From Acholeplasmataceae bacterium (GTDB lineage: Bacteria; Bacillota_I; Bacilli_A; ML615J-28; CAG-313), in NCBI GenBank assembly GCA_012838945.1, contig DUOG01000051.1, positions 3,845-67,844 on the forward strand: a stretch of 64,000 nucleotides of DNA, written 5' to 3'. The stretch's first letter is position 1; every line of letters starts with the position of its first letter. The notes below the pieces were generated by a model. It was given only the letters and a program-made list of their open reading frames with translations. It was not told the origin of the DNA and searched no databases. The translations under genes were made by a program, and so were the position numbers. Positions 8,888 through 19,333 of this stretch are shown here, piece after piece.

Positions 8888-10174
8888 TTATATAAGATAT
8901 TCTTTATATTTACTTACAAGTCGTTTAGGAAGGCGAGCCATCACTTTGATAGCATCAGGTTCATAATCGGTGGATATGACTTCAGTATTTTCTTTTAAGT
9001 AGGAATAGATTTCCCCTTTGGCATAAGGTAGTTTTAAGGTGTAAATGGCATAACTACCAAACAACTCATTTTCAATCCAATTAAGTAGTTCTGGATAACC
9101 TTCTTTAGTCTTGGCCGAAATGCGAAGGGCATTTTCATATTGAGATGGAATATAAAAGTAATCATCGATTAAATCAATTTTGTTAAAGACATATAAAGTC
9201 TTAACATTCTTGACCCCAATTTCAGTTAACACTTGATTAGTAGTTTGGATTTGTAAGTCTAAATAGGGACTGCTTGCATCTACCACATGGAGGATTAAAC
9301 TAGCTTCTTTAATTTCTTCTAAGGTTGATTTGAAAGATTCTACTAAATGGTGCGGTAGTTTACTAACGAAACCAACGGTATCGGTTAGTAAGAACTCATT
9401 ATTTGACGGTAGTTTTATCTTTCTAGTGGCAGTCTCTAACGTAGCAAATAACATATCTTCCGTATACACTTCTTTAATATCGTTTTCGGTAGTGAATTCT
9501 AAGATGGAATTTAATGTTGAAGATTTACCACTGTTAGTGTAACCTACTAAAGCAACTACTGGTACGCTTTGATCGTGGCGTTTCTTTCGGCTAGTTTCCC
9601 TAGCCTTTACTAGTTCTTTAAGTTCTTTCTTGGCTTTATCAATTTGACTTAAAATTCTACGACGGTCTAGTTCCAGTTTAGTTTCCCCTGCTCCACGACG
9701 GGCACCAGCACCCCCACCACCGCCTCCCCCAAGGCGTGATAGATAACGGCGACTTCCCACTAAGCGAGGCATCATATACTTCATAGCCGCAATCTCTACC
9801 TGGAGTTGGGCTTCTTTAGTTTTGGCCCGCCGATCAAAGATATCCAAGATAACCATAGTTCGGTCAATGATCCTAGTATCAAGAACAGATTCAATATTTT
9901 TTATTTGGGATGGTGTCATTTCATGATTAAAAATTACCACTTCAGCATCAGTAGCATCAACCATCATTTTTATTTCTTCAAGTTTTCCGCGATTTACGAA
10001 AAAGGCAGGATTAATGGTTTGAAGGTTTTGGGTAACCACTCCGACCACTTCCACTTGGCACGCCACACATAATGCTTTTAGTTCTTCTAATTCGTATAAG
10101 AATTCTTGGGTATTTCCCGTGTTGACGGAAACTAGTACGGCCTTTTCTAATGTTTCAAAATTCATAAGCGTCAC
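8888..10174 (-). CDS. hflX: GTPase HflX
   Basis: N-terminal HflX domain with a Gly-rich loop (GGGGGGAGARRGAGE); G1 GYTNSGKSS and G3 DTVGF. Confidence 0.85.
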   Translation of the reverse strand: MTLMNFETLEKAVLVSVNTGNTQEFLYELEELKALCVACQVEVVGVVTQNLQTINPAFFVNRGKLEEIKMMVDATDAEVVIFNHEMTPSQIKNIESVLDTRIIDRTMVILDIFDRRAKTKEAQLQVEIAAMKYMMPRLVGSRRYLSRLGGGGGGGAGARRGAGETKLELDRRRILSQIDKAKKELKELVKARETSRKKRHDQSVPVVALVGYTNSGKSSTLNSILEFTTENDIKEVYTEDMLFATLETATRKIKLPSNNEFLLTDTVGFVSKLPHHLVESFKSTLEEIKEASLILHVVDASSPYLDLQIQTTNQVLTEIGVKNVKTLYVFNKIDLIDDYFYIPSQYENALRISAKTKEGYPELLNWIENELFGSYAIYTLKLPYAKGEIYSYLKENTEVISTDYEPDAIKVMARLPKRLVSKYKEYLI

Positions 10175-10324
10175 TCATTTCTTGTAATATTTACCTTTAT
10201 TATTATACCACATAACTTTCAAATCCTATCAAATTCTGATTTAAAATATCAATAATTATTGGTTTGTTTTTGAAAACTTTTGATTTATCTTTCATATACT
10301 TGTAGTGGTGAAGGAGGTTAGGGG

Positions 10325-12301
10325 ATGCTCGATAATTTTAGTAAACAAGTTATTAGAATCATTGAAGAATCTAAAGTAATTGCGAGAAGCAAAGATAGTC
10401 AATTAGTGGGAACCGAACATTTGTTGCTTTCAATGATGACCATTGAGGATTCAATCTGTCATTTTTTATTATCAGAACAAAATATTAGCATAAGTGATAT
10501 TGAAGCAATCTTAGAAAAGTATGTTATCTTACGGAAAAGCGATTCAGAAGATATTATTTTCACCCGAAAATATCAAGAAATAATTCTTGATGCTGGCGAG
10601 TTAGCCTCTCGCCTCAATAGTAGTTTAGTTTTTGATGAACATCTTTTTTATTGTTTGTTAAAAGCTGATGCTGCGGTTGCTAAAGAGATCTTGCTGGAAT
10701 TAAAGATGAATATAAATGATTTGTTGGAAGATATAGAGGACATCTTTCAATTTAATCCCCCTGAAGAAGATTATGTCTATTCATTTTTAACTAACATTAG
10801 TGAACTTGTCAAAAAGCCCAATGCCAATAAATATATATCAAGGGGAAACCACTTAGAAAAGATTATTAATATTCTATCCAAAAAGCAAAAAAACAACCCA
10901 ATGTTAATTGGGAGTGCTGGAGTGGGAAAAAGTGCGATCGTAGAAGGATTGGCTCAAGAACTGATTAAACGGAACTACAAAGAGCCAATTTATCGCCTCG
11001 AGCTTGGAGCAATGATGGCCGGGACGAAATACCGCGGTGAACTAGAAGAAAAACTAATCAAAGCAATGAATTTTATTAAAGAAAAAAAAGCTATCCTTTT
11101 TATTGATGAAATTCACAACATCGTAGGCGCTGGTTCTAATGAGGGATCACTGGATATTGCTAATATATTAAAGCCTTACCTTGCTCGTTATGACATCAAG
11201 TGTATAGGTGCGACCACTTTAGAAGAGTATTATCGCTATATTGAAAAAGATAAGGCCTTGATGCGTCGTTTTCAAAATATCTTTATCGATGAACCAACCG
11301 AATCAGAAACCCTAATGATTTTAGAAGGGATAAAGGATTCCTATGAAGAATACCACGAGGTATTCTATCCTCAAGAGATCTTAAAAGGAATTGTTAAAAA
11401 GAGTGGGCGCTTTTTGATTAATCGTAAGTTTCCCGATAAAGCTATCGATATCTTAGATGAATTAGGAGCCCGAGCCCATGCTAAAAGCAAAACAGTAATT
11501 ACCTCCGAGATGCTGGGAGAAATCATTAAAGATATGGGAGGAATCAATCAACTCTCTAGTGAGGAACTAAGAAAGTTAGTCTTAAACTATCCCGGGTTAA
11601 AGAGTTATTATTTACGCTTTTTAAAAGGGGAAAGTGATGCGACCAATATTGTAGTGATTGAAGTAGAGGCAGGATTTAATCCTGAGCCGTTGTATCAAGA
11701 CTTGGATAAAGTCTTTAAACTACGAAAAGAAATGATCTTAGAGATAAATCTCGAAGAATACCTAGAGCACAATGCGATCAATAATCTGATTGGCTCACCC
11801 GCTGGTTATGTGGGGTATGAAACGGGAGGGATCTTATCAGAGCATCTGATAAAATATCCAATGTCAGTTGTTTACTTTAAGGGAATAAAACACGCTAATT
11901 TTGCGATTAGAAACTTTTTGAAACGAATGTTAAAGCAAAAGACAATTATGGATAACAAAGGAAGGACCATTTTATTATCCAATACTATCTTCATTTTAGA
12001 AAAAGATCAAAAACAACGAGTGATTAAAGGTTTCTTAAGCTCAGAGGTTAACGAATCAATTAGTGAAACTGAAGCAGATATTAGAATAGCAAAACCGGGA
12101 AAAAAGATGGGTCATGATAGACAAATGTTAAAATATATTGAGTTAGGATTAAAAGAAGGTTATAACATTATCTTTGATATTGAAGAGATTAAGAACCCCA
12201 AACAACTAGAACAAACCTTTTATCAAATCTTACTTGAGATACCAGGAACTTATCATATTTATGAAAAAAATAATCAATATCATTATCGCCATGACGGTTA
12301 A
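10325..12301 (+). CDS. Clp/Hsp100-family ATPase-like protein: two Clp_N repeats and an intact first AAA+ module, but the second module lacks a P-loop
   Basis: Clp_N repeats at the N-terminus. D1 has Walker A GSAGVGKSAIVEGL, Walker B ILFIDEIHN and sensor ARYDIKCIGATT. The D2 region keeps IGSPAGYVGYETGG and KGRTILLSNTIFI, but NIVVIEVEAG replaces the Walker A GxxGxGKT. Confidence 0.7.
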   Translation: MLDNFSKQVIRIIEESKVIARSKDSQLVGTEHLLLSMMTIEDSICHFLLSEQNISISDIEAILEKYVILRKSDSEDIIFTRKYQEIILDAGELASRLNSSLVFDEHLFYCLLKADAAVAKEILLELKMNINDLLEDIEDIFQFNPPEEDYVYSFLTNISELVKKPNANKYISRGNHLEKIINILSKKQKNNPMLIGSAGVGKSAIVEGLAQELIKRNYKEPIYRLELGAMMAGTKYRGELEEKLIKAMNFIKEKKAILFIDEIHNIVGAGSNEGSLDIANILKPYLARYDIKCIGATTLEEYYRYIEKDKALMRRFQNIFIDEPTESETLMILEGIKDSYEEYHEVFYPQEILKGIVKKSGRFLINRKFPDKAIDILDELGARAHAKSKTVITSEMLGEIIKDMGGINQLSSEELRKLVLNYPGLKSYYLRFLKGESDATNIVVIEVEAGFNPEPLYQDLDKVFKLRKEMILEINLEEYLEHNAINNLIGSPAGYVGYETGGILSEHLIKYPMSVVYFKGIKHANFAIRNFLKRMLKQKTIMDNKGRTILLSNTIFILEKDQKQRVIKGFLSSEVNESISETEADIRIAKPGKKMGHDRQMLKYIELGLKEGYNIIFDIEEIKNPKQLEQTFYQILLEIPGTYHIYEKNNQYHYRHDG

Positions 12302-12397
12302 AGTTGTGGCTTTTTATTATTAAGATTAGTGATAACTCAAATAATAAAATAAGGCATTTTTCCTTTAAAATAGCCTGACTTTATAATTTGGTATTTT

Positions 12398-12432
12398 TCA
12401 TTAACAAAATTGTCAAATCGTGGTATAATAAA
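12398..12432 (+). promoter_or_regulatory. Sigma-A-type promoter TTAACA-17 nt-TGgTATAAT
   Basis: It lies inside the 5' end of the maximal ORF, which implies the real start codon is at 12439 or 12451. Confidence 0.45.
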
Positions 12433-12450
12433 AGAGTAATGGTGATGATT

Positions 12451-15400
12451 ATGGGAAAAAACAAAGAACGAAAGTATTTATTAAAGTCAACCAATAAACA
12501 TTTATTAGATATTTTTGAACAAAATTACTATGTGGAATTAGGTTCAATCGATCTAGAAGTAATGAATGAGTTCTTGAGTGGTACGAGTATTCCTTTCAAT
12601 GAAATTGCTGATAAGATGATTTTGGTAGAAGGAACTGGTCGAATCACTAGTGACTTTAATTATGAACAAGAATATCAATTAAATTATCTTTTAGATTTTG
12701 TTAGATGGAATTCTTCCACCAAACTCTTTTTAACCTGTGGTATTATTAAATACTATAGTACGCTTAAACAAGAACTCTATGCACCTCTTTTGTTAATTCC
12801 CATTAAATTATATAAAAATCAAGATGGCAATTGGGAAGTTGTCAAGTGTGGCGAAATCTTTGAAAATGAATTATTAATGAAACGGTTACGTGAACTAACC
12901 ATTGAACCGCTTCCTAAAGCAGAAGATATTAGAAGACCATTTGACATTGACCACTACTCACAACGAGTAGCTAAAGCTTCCGGTTGTACTTTTGAAATCG
13001 GGAATTTTTTAACCTTTGCGAGGACGGAATATCCAGACCTTAACTTTATTCATGAAGAACTACTTGATACTAGTTCCTTTTTGGAATACTCTATTGCATA
13101 CATCTATGGACAGGCTTTATCAAAAACAAGATCCCTTTTACCATCAAACATCTATCAAAAGTATGTAATGGTAAAGGCTTCACAAAATGAAAGTTTTGCT
13201 TGTAGTGGGCGCTTAAATTCCGGTAAAACCAGTACCATTATCAATATTATTGGTGAAAGACTATTAAAAAATAAACAAGTATTATATGTCAATAGTGATC
13301 AAGTTGCGTTAGGAGAACTAGAATACCGCCTTCATGAGCTTGGTCTTGGAAAATATACCTTTAATTTGGTGAACCCATTAAAAACACCTAAAATTAGCCC
13401 AGTACGTAAAGACTATCATTTACGCGGGATGAAGAAAACTCTCGCCAAACTTTTAAGCAATCTACTATCTTTTGACCACCTGTTAGATCATAAATACTAT
13501 GGATATCGTTACCGTGAAATTGTGGAAAATCAATTATCTTTATATATCAATGGGTATGTTCATAAACCATTACCAATTGTGGATAAGTTGGAAAAGTTTG
13601 AAGTTGAAGGCATTTATGAAAAACTAAAAGCAGTTGAACGTGCCCTTTCGGTAATTGGTCCTTATGAAAAGTGTGGTTGGAGTACTTTAGAGCACTACTA
13701 TACTAGTAGTGATATTAAAGAAGTTGTTGAAGCAACCACAACTTTTGAAGCAATTCAAAATGAACTTTATACGGTATTTAATAAATTTAATGAACAATAT
13801 CATTTTAAACCAACCACAACAATTAAAGATGCTCATCGATTGATATATATACTAAAAGGTTTTAGTGATAATATTCCACCGTATAGTTGGCGAAAAATTA
13901 AAGATTTTAAACGTGCCACAAGAGAAATCAATTATCTAAAGGAACTTCAAGCAGAATATCAAAAACACCAAACTAAAATCCAAAACACCTATAATGGTGA
14001 TATTGAAAGTGTGGATGTTGAAGGTATCTTTAAGACTTTACTAGGGCCGTATTATGAAGTAACCGATAATATTTATCTTGATCGCATTTTATATAATTTA
14101 AAAAGTTTAAAAGAATTAACTAAAAGAGTAAATATTAATAAAAAGGTTATTAATGAATCATTAACTGCCTTAAAGGCTACCTTTAAGATTAAAGTTGTTG
14201 AAGACTATATGTATGATTTGTTGGCTGAAATAAATGAGTATTTAGATCAGCATGTTTGTCAGTTGCATTGGCTTACCCAATCATATGATAAGAATCCAAA
14301 TATCTTAGATGATTACAATTCCGATTATTTGAATTATTTAGAATACAATGATTTAGCTGTTCGGATTAAAAGTTACCTTAAAAAAGGTGCACCAGATGAT
14401 TATCAAACGCTTTATAGTTTGCTTACAACTCAAGATGATCAAAAGGTTCTTCAAAAGATTATCAACTTTAAACTATTAAAAGAAGATAACCTTTATCTTT
14501 TTAACTTGATTGCTTATCTTAAACGTTATTTAGAATTAGTTGAAATCTTAACTAATAAAATGAAAAAACACAAGTTTAAGACTTTTGATGACCTAGCAAA
14601 TAACTATCATCAATATAAAGCTTATATTGACTTACTTGATAAATCAACTAAAGAAAAGACGTTTATTAAGAAAATATTAGAAGACTATTTAACCAAACTT
14701 GAGAAGAAGAGGAATAGTGCTAAAGAAAGACTTTCCGCTTTTAGTAGAACTTACCTTGATAATTTAGATATTATCAAACAATTAAAGTATTATAATATTA
14801 ATATCAATACTCCTCAAGCTACGAAAAAGCTAACTATGCTCTATCATTTTGTTCAATATTTTAATCACATTTATAGTTTGAACCAAAAGTATCGTCCATT
14901 CTTTAAGAAGAATAACTTAGTAATTTTTGAGGATTATCAAGAGTTATTGAGGGATGTGAAAAATCATCATCGCCTTCAAAAAGCGATTGCTGTAAAGGAT
15001 AGTGATTACCAATATCTCTTTGGTGAATATTATCGTGGTTTTAAAACTGATATTATTACCCTGGAACGAATGATCGCTTATTTCCAACTTTTCTTACAAA
15101 TAATTTATGATCCAAAAGAGTTGGATGAAATGTTAATTCGTGACACTTTATTAAAGATTATCAGTAAACGCAAAACATTGGAAAAACTATATGAGAATTG
15201 GTATAGTTGTTATCGAAGATTCAACAAACTATTCCGTGATAGTAAATCCTATTACTTTGAAAATACCTTGTTAGAGAACATGGAGATAATTTCAGGGTAT
15301 GTTAATAAGTTAAACCTTCTTCCTGATGTCTTTACCGTCATTGAAAACATTGTGTTTATTAGGAAATATGGATTAGATAAACTTGCATTAGGAATTGAGA

Positions 15401-16680
15401 ATGGTACCTTCTTTGATAATTTGGGTGATCGCTTCCTAGCAACGGTTTATGAACATTATCAAAAGGCCATTGAAGATAAGTATCCAATCCTAAAGGATTT
15501 TGATAAGGTATTAACTGATGCTAAGTCTTATTCCATTTTGGAAAAAGAATGGTTTAATCAAAACATTGAATATTTTGCTGATAAAAAAAGCAATCCACGT
15601 GATCGTATTAAACATAAATTAAAGACAATTAGCACCTATAGTTGTGACCGGATCATAGATATTATTGGTCGAGACTATCAGGTATATTTAGCAGATGTCG
15701 ATATTTTCAACAGTAATATCGATCTTAAGCGATTTGATACCATTATCATTGATGATGCTCATTTGGAAAACTCTAATAAATATTATCGTTTAGATGAAAA
15801 TCTAAATCAGGTGATAATTTTCGGTGATAAAACCTTTACTAGTTCGGTATCGAATAACTTAATGCAAAGAATTATCCCTTCGGCTATTACGCCGTTAAAA
15901 TATCGTTATCAAAGCCTTAACAATTATTTTGATAACCAACTAGGAACAAATAATATTTATATCCCTAGATTTGATCAAAATGCTAAAATTAAGCGACTAG
16001 CAAACATCAGTGATTTAACGAAAGAAATAATTGAAGCAAGTACTTCAAAGACCATCAATATTGTTTTTGCGAGTAACAAGACAAAATTTAAATTTTACCG
16101 TGAGTTATTAAATGGTATTGATGACTATGAAAAAACTAAAAAGTTATTAAAGAATATCAATTTGATAAATGCACTTACTCATGATGCATTAAACGCTGAT
16201 GATGTTTATTTGTTGTTTGATGATTTCAAGACAATGGAAGCTGATGTTTTAGATAAAGTTCTAACTAATCATAATCAAGCATCCCAAAACTTCTATATGG
16301 TCTATTTTGAAGACATCATTGAAGAAAGAAATCAATACTTAGAAGCTCAGATGTTAAAATTACTGAAACGTAAAATCGCCTTCCTCCCTAGCTACAATCC
16401 AGTTATCAGTTATTTGGTGAATGAACTTCAACAACAAGGAGTGGAAGTTGAGTGGGGCGTTGGGGCTATTGATCTAATTGTTAAAGGTGCTAAACCATAT
16501 GGTTTTATCATAATTGGTTTGGATGAAGAGGATAAGTCTTTTATTGATATCTATCAATACTACTATCAAGAGTTTTTAAAACATGGGTGGAAGATCGAGT
16601 TTATATATGCTCCAGCACTAGCAAAAGATCCACAGGCAATAATAACAAAAGTAATAAAGACGGTGATGAAAAATGGATAA
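12451..16680 (+). CDS. Giant SF1 (Upf1-like) helicase-related protein with an ~850-aa helical insertion and a PD-(D/E)xK-like C-terminal domain
   Basis: N-terminal APLLLIPIKL region, recalled as DUF4011-like. Walker A GRLNSGKTSTII plus SDQVALGEL; Walker B IIIDDAH; motif III IIFGDKT; motif IV-like LKYRYQSL. The C-terminal AIDLIV...GLDEEDK resembles a restriction-endonuclease fold. The maximal ORF begins at 12388. Confidence 0.55.
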   Translation: MGKNKERKYLLKSTNKHLLDIFEQNYYVELGSIDLEVMNEFLSGTSIPFNEIADKMILVEGTGRITSDFNYEQEYQLNYLLDFVRWNSSTKLFLTCGIIKYYSTLKQELYAPLLLIPIKLYKNQDGNWEVVKCGEIFENELLMKRLRELTIEPLPKAEDIRRPFDIDHYSQRVAKASGCTFEIGNFLTFARTEYPDLNFIHEELLDTSSFLEYSIAYIYGQALSKTRSLLPSNIYQKYVMVKASQNESFACSGRLNSGKTSTIINIIGERLLKNKQVLYVNSDQVALGELEYRLHELGLGKYTFNLVNPLKTPKISPVRKDYHLRGMKKTLAKLLSNLLSFDHLLDHKYYGYRYREIVENQLSLYINGYVHKPLPIVDKLEKFEVEGIYEKLKAVERALSVIGPYEKCGWSTLEHYYTSSDIKEVVEATTTFEAIQNELYTVFNKFNEQYHFKPTTTIKDAHRLIYILKGFSDNIPPYSWRKIKDFKRATREINYLKELQAEYQKHQTKIQNTYNGDIESVDVEGIFKTLLGPYYEVTDNIYLDRILYNLKSLKELTKRVNINKKVINESLTALKATFKIKVVEDYMYDLLAEINEYLDQHVCQLHWLTQSYDKNPNILDDYNSDYLNYLEYNDLAVRIKSYLKKGAPDDYQTLYSLLTTQDDQKVLQKIINFKLLKEDNLYLFNLIAYLKRYLELVEILTNKMKKHKFKTFDDLANNYHQYKAYIDLLDKSTKEKTFIKKILEDYLTKLEKKRNSAKERLSAFSRTYLDNLDIIKQLKYYNININTPQATKKLTMLYHFVQYFNHIYSLNQKYRPFFKKNNLVIFEDYQELLRDVKNHHRLQKAIAVKDSDYQYLFGEYYRGFKTDIITLERMIAYFQLFLQIIYDPKELDEMLIRDTLLKIISKRKTLEKLYENWYSCYRRFNKLFRDSKSYYFENTLLENMEIISGYVNKLNLLPDVFTVIENIVFIRKYGLDKLALGIENGTFFDNLGDRFLATVYEHYQKAIEDKYPILKDFDKVLTDAKSYSILEKEWFNQNIEYFADKKSNPRDRIKHKLKTISTYSCDRIIDIIGRDYQVYLADVDIFNSNIDLKRFDTIIIDDAHLENSNKYYRLDENLNQVIIFGDKTFTSSVSNNLMQRIIPSAITPLKYRYQSLNNYFDNQLGTNNIYIPRFDQNAKIKRLANISDLTKEIIEASTSKTINIVFASNKTKFKFYRELLNGIDDYEKTKKLLKNINLINALTHDALNADDVYLLFDDFKTMEADVLDKVLTNHNQASQNFYMVYFEDIIEERNQYLEAQMLKLLKRKIAFLPSYNPVISYLVNELQQQGVEVEWGVGAIDLIVKGAKPYGFIIIGLDEEDKSFIDIYQYYYQEFLKHGWKIEFIYAPALAKDPQAIITKVIKTVMKNG

Positions 16681-17206
16681 ACGAAAAAGAAGCCCTAAAC
16701 GCGACTTAAGAGAAATAGTAAGAGATTTAAAAGAAAATGTTGATTCAATCGCAAAACTAAAAGTGAAATTAAAAAACATTGTGGAAAACGGTGGGGATTT
16801 AAATATTAAACTTTACAGTGGTCGCACCTTGATGCATTATGCTGTGAGGTATAATAGAAAGGGACTAATTAAATTATTTTATCGATTAGGAGTGAATGCG
16901 GAGATCTGTGATGATAATTACAATACCCCTTTGCATTATGCAATCCTAAAAGATAATTATCAAGCGGTAAAAGAATTAATCAAACTTAATGTTGATATTA
17001 ATTTACCAGCGGAGCTTGAACAAACTCCTTTGCATATGGCAGTTTTAAAAGGAAATAAAGATTTAGTAAAACTACTAGTTGAAAATGGAGCTGACATTAG
17101 TCTAGTTGATGAAAAAAACTTAACCGCCTTAGACTATGCCTATGATGAAAATGATAAAGATATAATCAATTACTTAAATAGTAAAATGAAATTAATAAAT
17201 GGATAA
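16673..17206 (+). CDS. Ankyrin-repeat protein with about four ANK repeats
   Basis: Repeats TPLHYAI, TPLHMAV and TALDYA, spaced about 33 aa apart, with the usual ANK hydrophobic pattern. The ATG overlaps the stop of the giant gene (ATGGATAA). Confidence 0.75.
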   Translation: MDKRKRSPKRDLREIVRDLKENVDSIAKLKVKLKNIVENGGDLNIKLYSGRTLMHYAVRYNRKGLIKLFYRLGVNAEICDDNYNTPLHYAILKDNYQAVKELIKLNVDINLPAELEQTPLHMAVLKGNKDLVKLLVENGADISLVDEKNLTALDYAYDENDKDIINYLNSKMKLING

Positions 17207-17221
17207 ATAGGATGTGGAATT

Positions 17222-18028
17222 ATGGATATTTTTAAAGATATTTGGTCATATTTTAGTAAGTATACTGGCGGATTTGAAGCCTATGGAATCATTAGACTAG
17301 TTATTGATTTATTACTTATTTCTTTTCTTACCTTTTCAGCTATCATCTTCTTAGCCAGAAAAACTAAACAATCTGCGATGAGAAAGATTCTCATTACCTT
17401 TATTGTGGTGATTTTGATAGTATTTTTGATGGATCTTCGAATCATGCAAGAATTACTTAGGGAATCAATTTCCATACTGATCATCTTGTTCATTGTGGTT
17501 TATGCTCAAGAGATTAAAACCTTCCTAGGTTTTTATGTTCGTTCGAAAAACCATAAGGGATTGCTTAACAGTGAAGAAAAGAAAGATCGTTTAATTAACA
17601 CCTTAATTTCAACCGTAAGTTATTTATCGAGACGCTCCATTGGTGCTATTATTACGATCGAAAAAGATAATTCTTTAAATGCATATATTGAGAAAGCTAT
17701 CTATTTAGATGCGGAAGTTTCCTTTGAACTCTTTTCTACCATCTTTACTCCGGGCACCCCACTTCATGATGGTGCGGTAATTGTTCGGGGAAACCGAGCA
17801 ATGTGTGCCGGCGCTTTCTTTCCATCGAGTGATAAGTATGATATTCCTAAATCCCTTGGTTCCCGTCACCGGGCTGCTCTGGGGATTAGTGAAGTCAGCG
17901 ATGCTTTCACAATTGTCGTATCTGAACAAACTGGTAATATCTCTACTACGATTGATGGAGTAATAAATATTAATATTTCATTGGATGACTTAAGAATGTC
18001 ACTAAAACAAAACATTCTTTTAAGATAA
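17222..18028 (+). CDS. cdaA: Diadenylate cyclase CdaA (c-di-AMP synthase)
   Basis: Three N-terminal TM helices and a DAC domain with TPGTPLHDGAVIV, RHRAALG and VVSEQTG. Confidence 0.85.
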   Translation: MDIFKDIWSYFSKYTGGFEAYGIIRLVIDLLLISFLTFSAIIFLARKTKQSAMRKILITFIVVILIVFLMDLRIMQELLRESISILIILFIVVYAQEIKTFLGFYVRSKNHKGLLNSEEKKDRLINTLISTVSYLSRRSIGAIITIEKDNSLNAYIEKAIYLDAEVSFELFSTIFTPGTPLHDGAVIVRGNRAMCAGAFFPSSDKYDIPKSLGSRHRAALGISEVSDAFTIVVSEQTGNISTTIDGVININISLDDLRMSLKQNILLR

Positions 18029-18037
18029 GGGGGTCCT

Positions 18038-19333
18038 ATGACGCAAATCTTAGATTTTTTGAGTGAAAATAAATATCAGATTGAATATCTTTATTATGCG
18101 GGGTTAGTGACCCTTATTGGCTTGATCATCTTTAAAGCAAGCCTTTTTAAGAAAATATTTAGTTATGATGTGATTTTTCTCTTAATCGTGGTGAGTTACT
18201 TTGGTTTAAATTTTTTGTGGAAAACCGATTACAATCCAACCATTTATAGTGTTTTAGCTATTGTCCTTGTCATCATTCAATTAATAAAGACAACTCACTA
18301 CTATCAAGAAGAAGATAAAATGAAGGTCAGTGCCTTAAATCATATCAAAAACGCGGATTATGATTATTTTGTTACAGTTGATGACAAAGATAAAATGATT
18401 GATTTTAGTAATAGTATTGCTCAAAAGTTTGGCATGGGAGAAAGTGATCTCCGAAAAAGTAAGTTTTGGGATCTCTTTGTTAGTCGCTTTGGCATCGTTG
18501 GGATTAATGAAGAACCAGTTGATGAAGAACGACTAGCCATCTTAAAAAGAGAATATGCCAAAAAGGTTAAGTTTAATATTAGTTATCAATTTCGGGTTCA
18601 AGTAAGAAATATTGATAATGAAATTGAATACTATCAATTCTTAGTAAAGCCAATCTATAATGGTGAACGTTACTTAGGAAAGAATATTTTCATTAATCGT
18701 AATCGCTGGCAAATCATTAATGAGTTGAATACTAGCTTGGCTAATATGATTGATCAATATGAAAAAGCCAAACAACAAAGTCATATCTGGTTAAGTATGG
18801 TTCCCCAAGTATTGCTTTACTATGACTATCACTCTCAGACTTATATCATAACCGAAACCTTTAAAAGGGTTTTAAATACTCAAAAGAGTGAACTTACTGA
18901 AACCGAGTTTTTGGATTTAATCCATCCGGAGGATTTAGAAAAATATAAATCAGATTTAATGAATATCAATAGTCAAGAAGTCACCAGTATCATCTTTAGA
19001 TTAAAGATTAATGGTAAGTACCGTAAAATTAGTGAAGAGGCAATGCTGATGGAACCACAAAGTGGTTTAGTATCAGTTGTTAAGACCTTGCCGGTAAAAG
19101 AGGAAAATGCTGATAACGTTGAGTATATTAAAAGCTTAACTACTCCAGCTAGTCATAGTATTAATACCCAAGCAATTAAAACAGCTAGTACGACCATGGC
19201 TGCCCCAAAAGAAGATATTAAAGAAATTGAAACTAGTGATGACTTAAAAAAATTGGCTGAAAATATGCAGAATAAAGATGTTGACCGTTTGGAATCACTC
19301 CTTAATTCAGCCATCAAGAAGCGTGATTCATAA
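18038..19333 (+). CDS. Membrane-anchored protein with two PAS-like domains, at the position where CdaR (YbbR) usually sits
   Basis: Three TM helices, then PAS-like segments (DYFVTVDDKDKMIDFSNSIAQKFGM...; LIHPEDLEKYKSDL...). I recognised no YbbR repeats. Confidence 0.45.
   Translation: MTQILDFLSENKYQIEYLYYAGLVTLIGLIIFKASLFKKIFSYDVIFLLIVVSYFGLNFLWKTDYNPTIYSVLAIVLVIIQLIKTTHYYQEEDKMKVSALNHIKNADYDYFVTVDDKDKMIDFSNSIAQKFGMGESDLRKSKFWDLFVSRFGIVGINEEPVDEERLAILKREYAKKVKFNISYQFRVQVRNIDNEIEYYQFLVKPIYNGERYLGKNIFINRNRWQIINELNTSLANMIDQYEKAKQQSHIWLSMVPQVLLYYDYHSQTYIITETFKRVLNTQKSELTETEFLDLIHPEDLEKYKSDLMNINSQEVTSIIFRLKINGKYRKISEEAMLMEPQSGLVSVVKTLPVKEENADNVEYIKSLTTPASHSINTQAIKTASTTMAAPKEDIKEIETSDDLKKLAENMQNKDVDRLESLLNSAIKKRDS

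Noticed and set aside
9686-9745. A Gly run (GGGGGGAGARRGAGE) in HflX, considered as a possible slippery homopolymer or phase-variation tract
   Set aside because: The DNA is a mixed C/A/G sequence rather than a homopolymer. A Gly-rich loop is a normal feature of the HflX N-terminal domain, although it is longer here.
10175-10324. Looked for a CtsR operator (GGTCAAA direct repeat) upstream of the Clp-like gene
   Set aside because: I could not find the repeat by eye.
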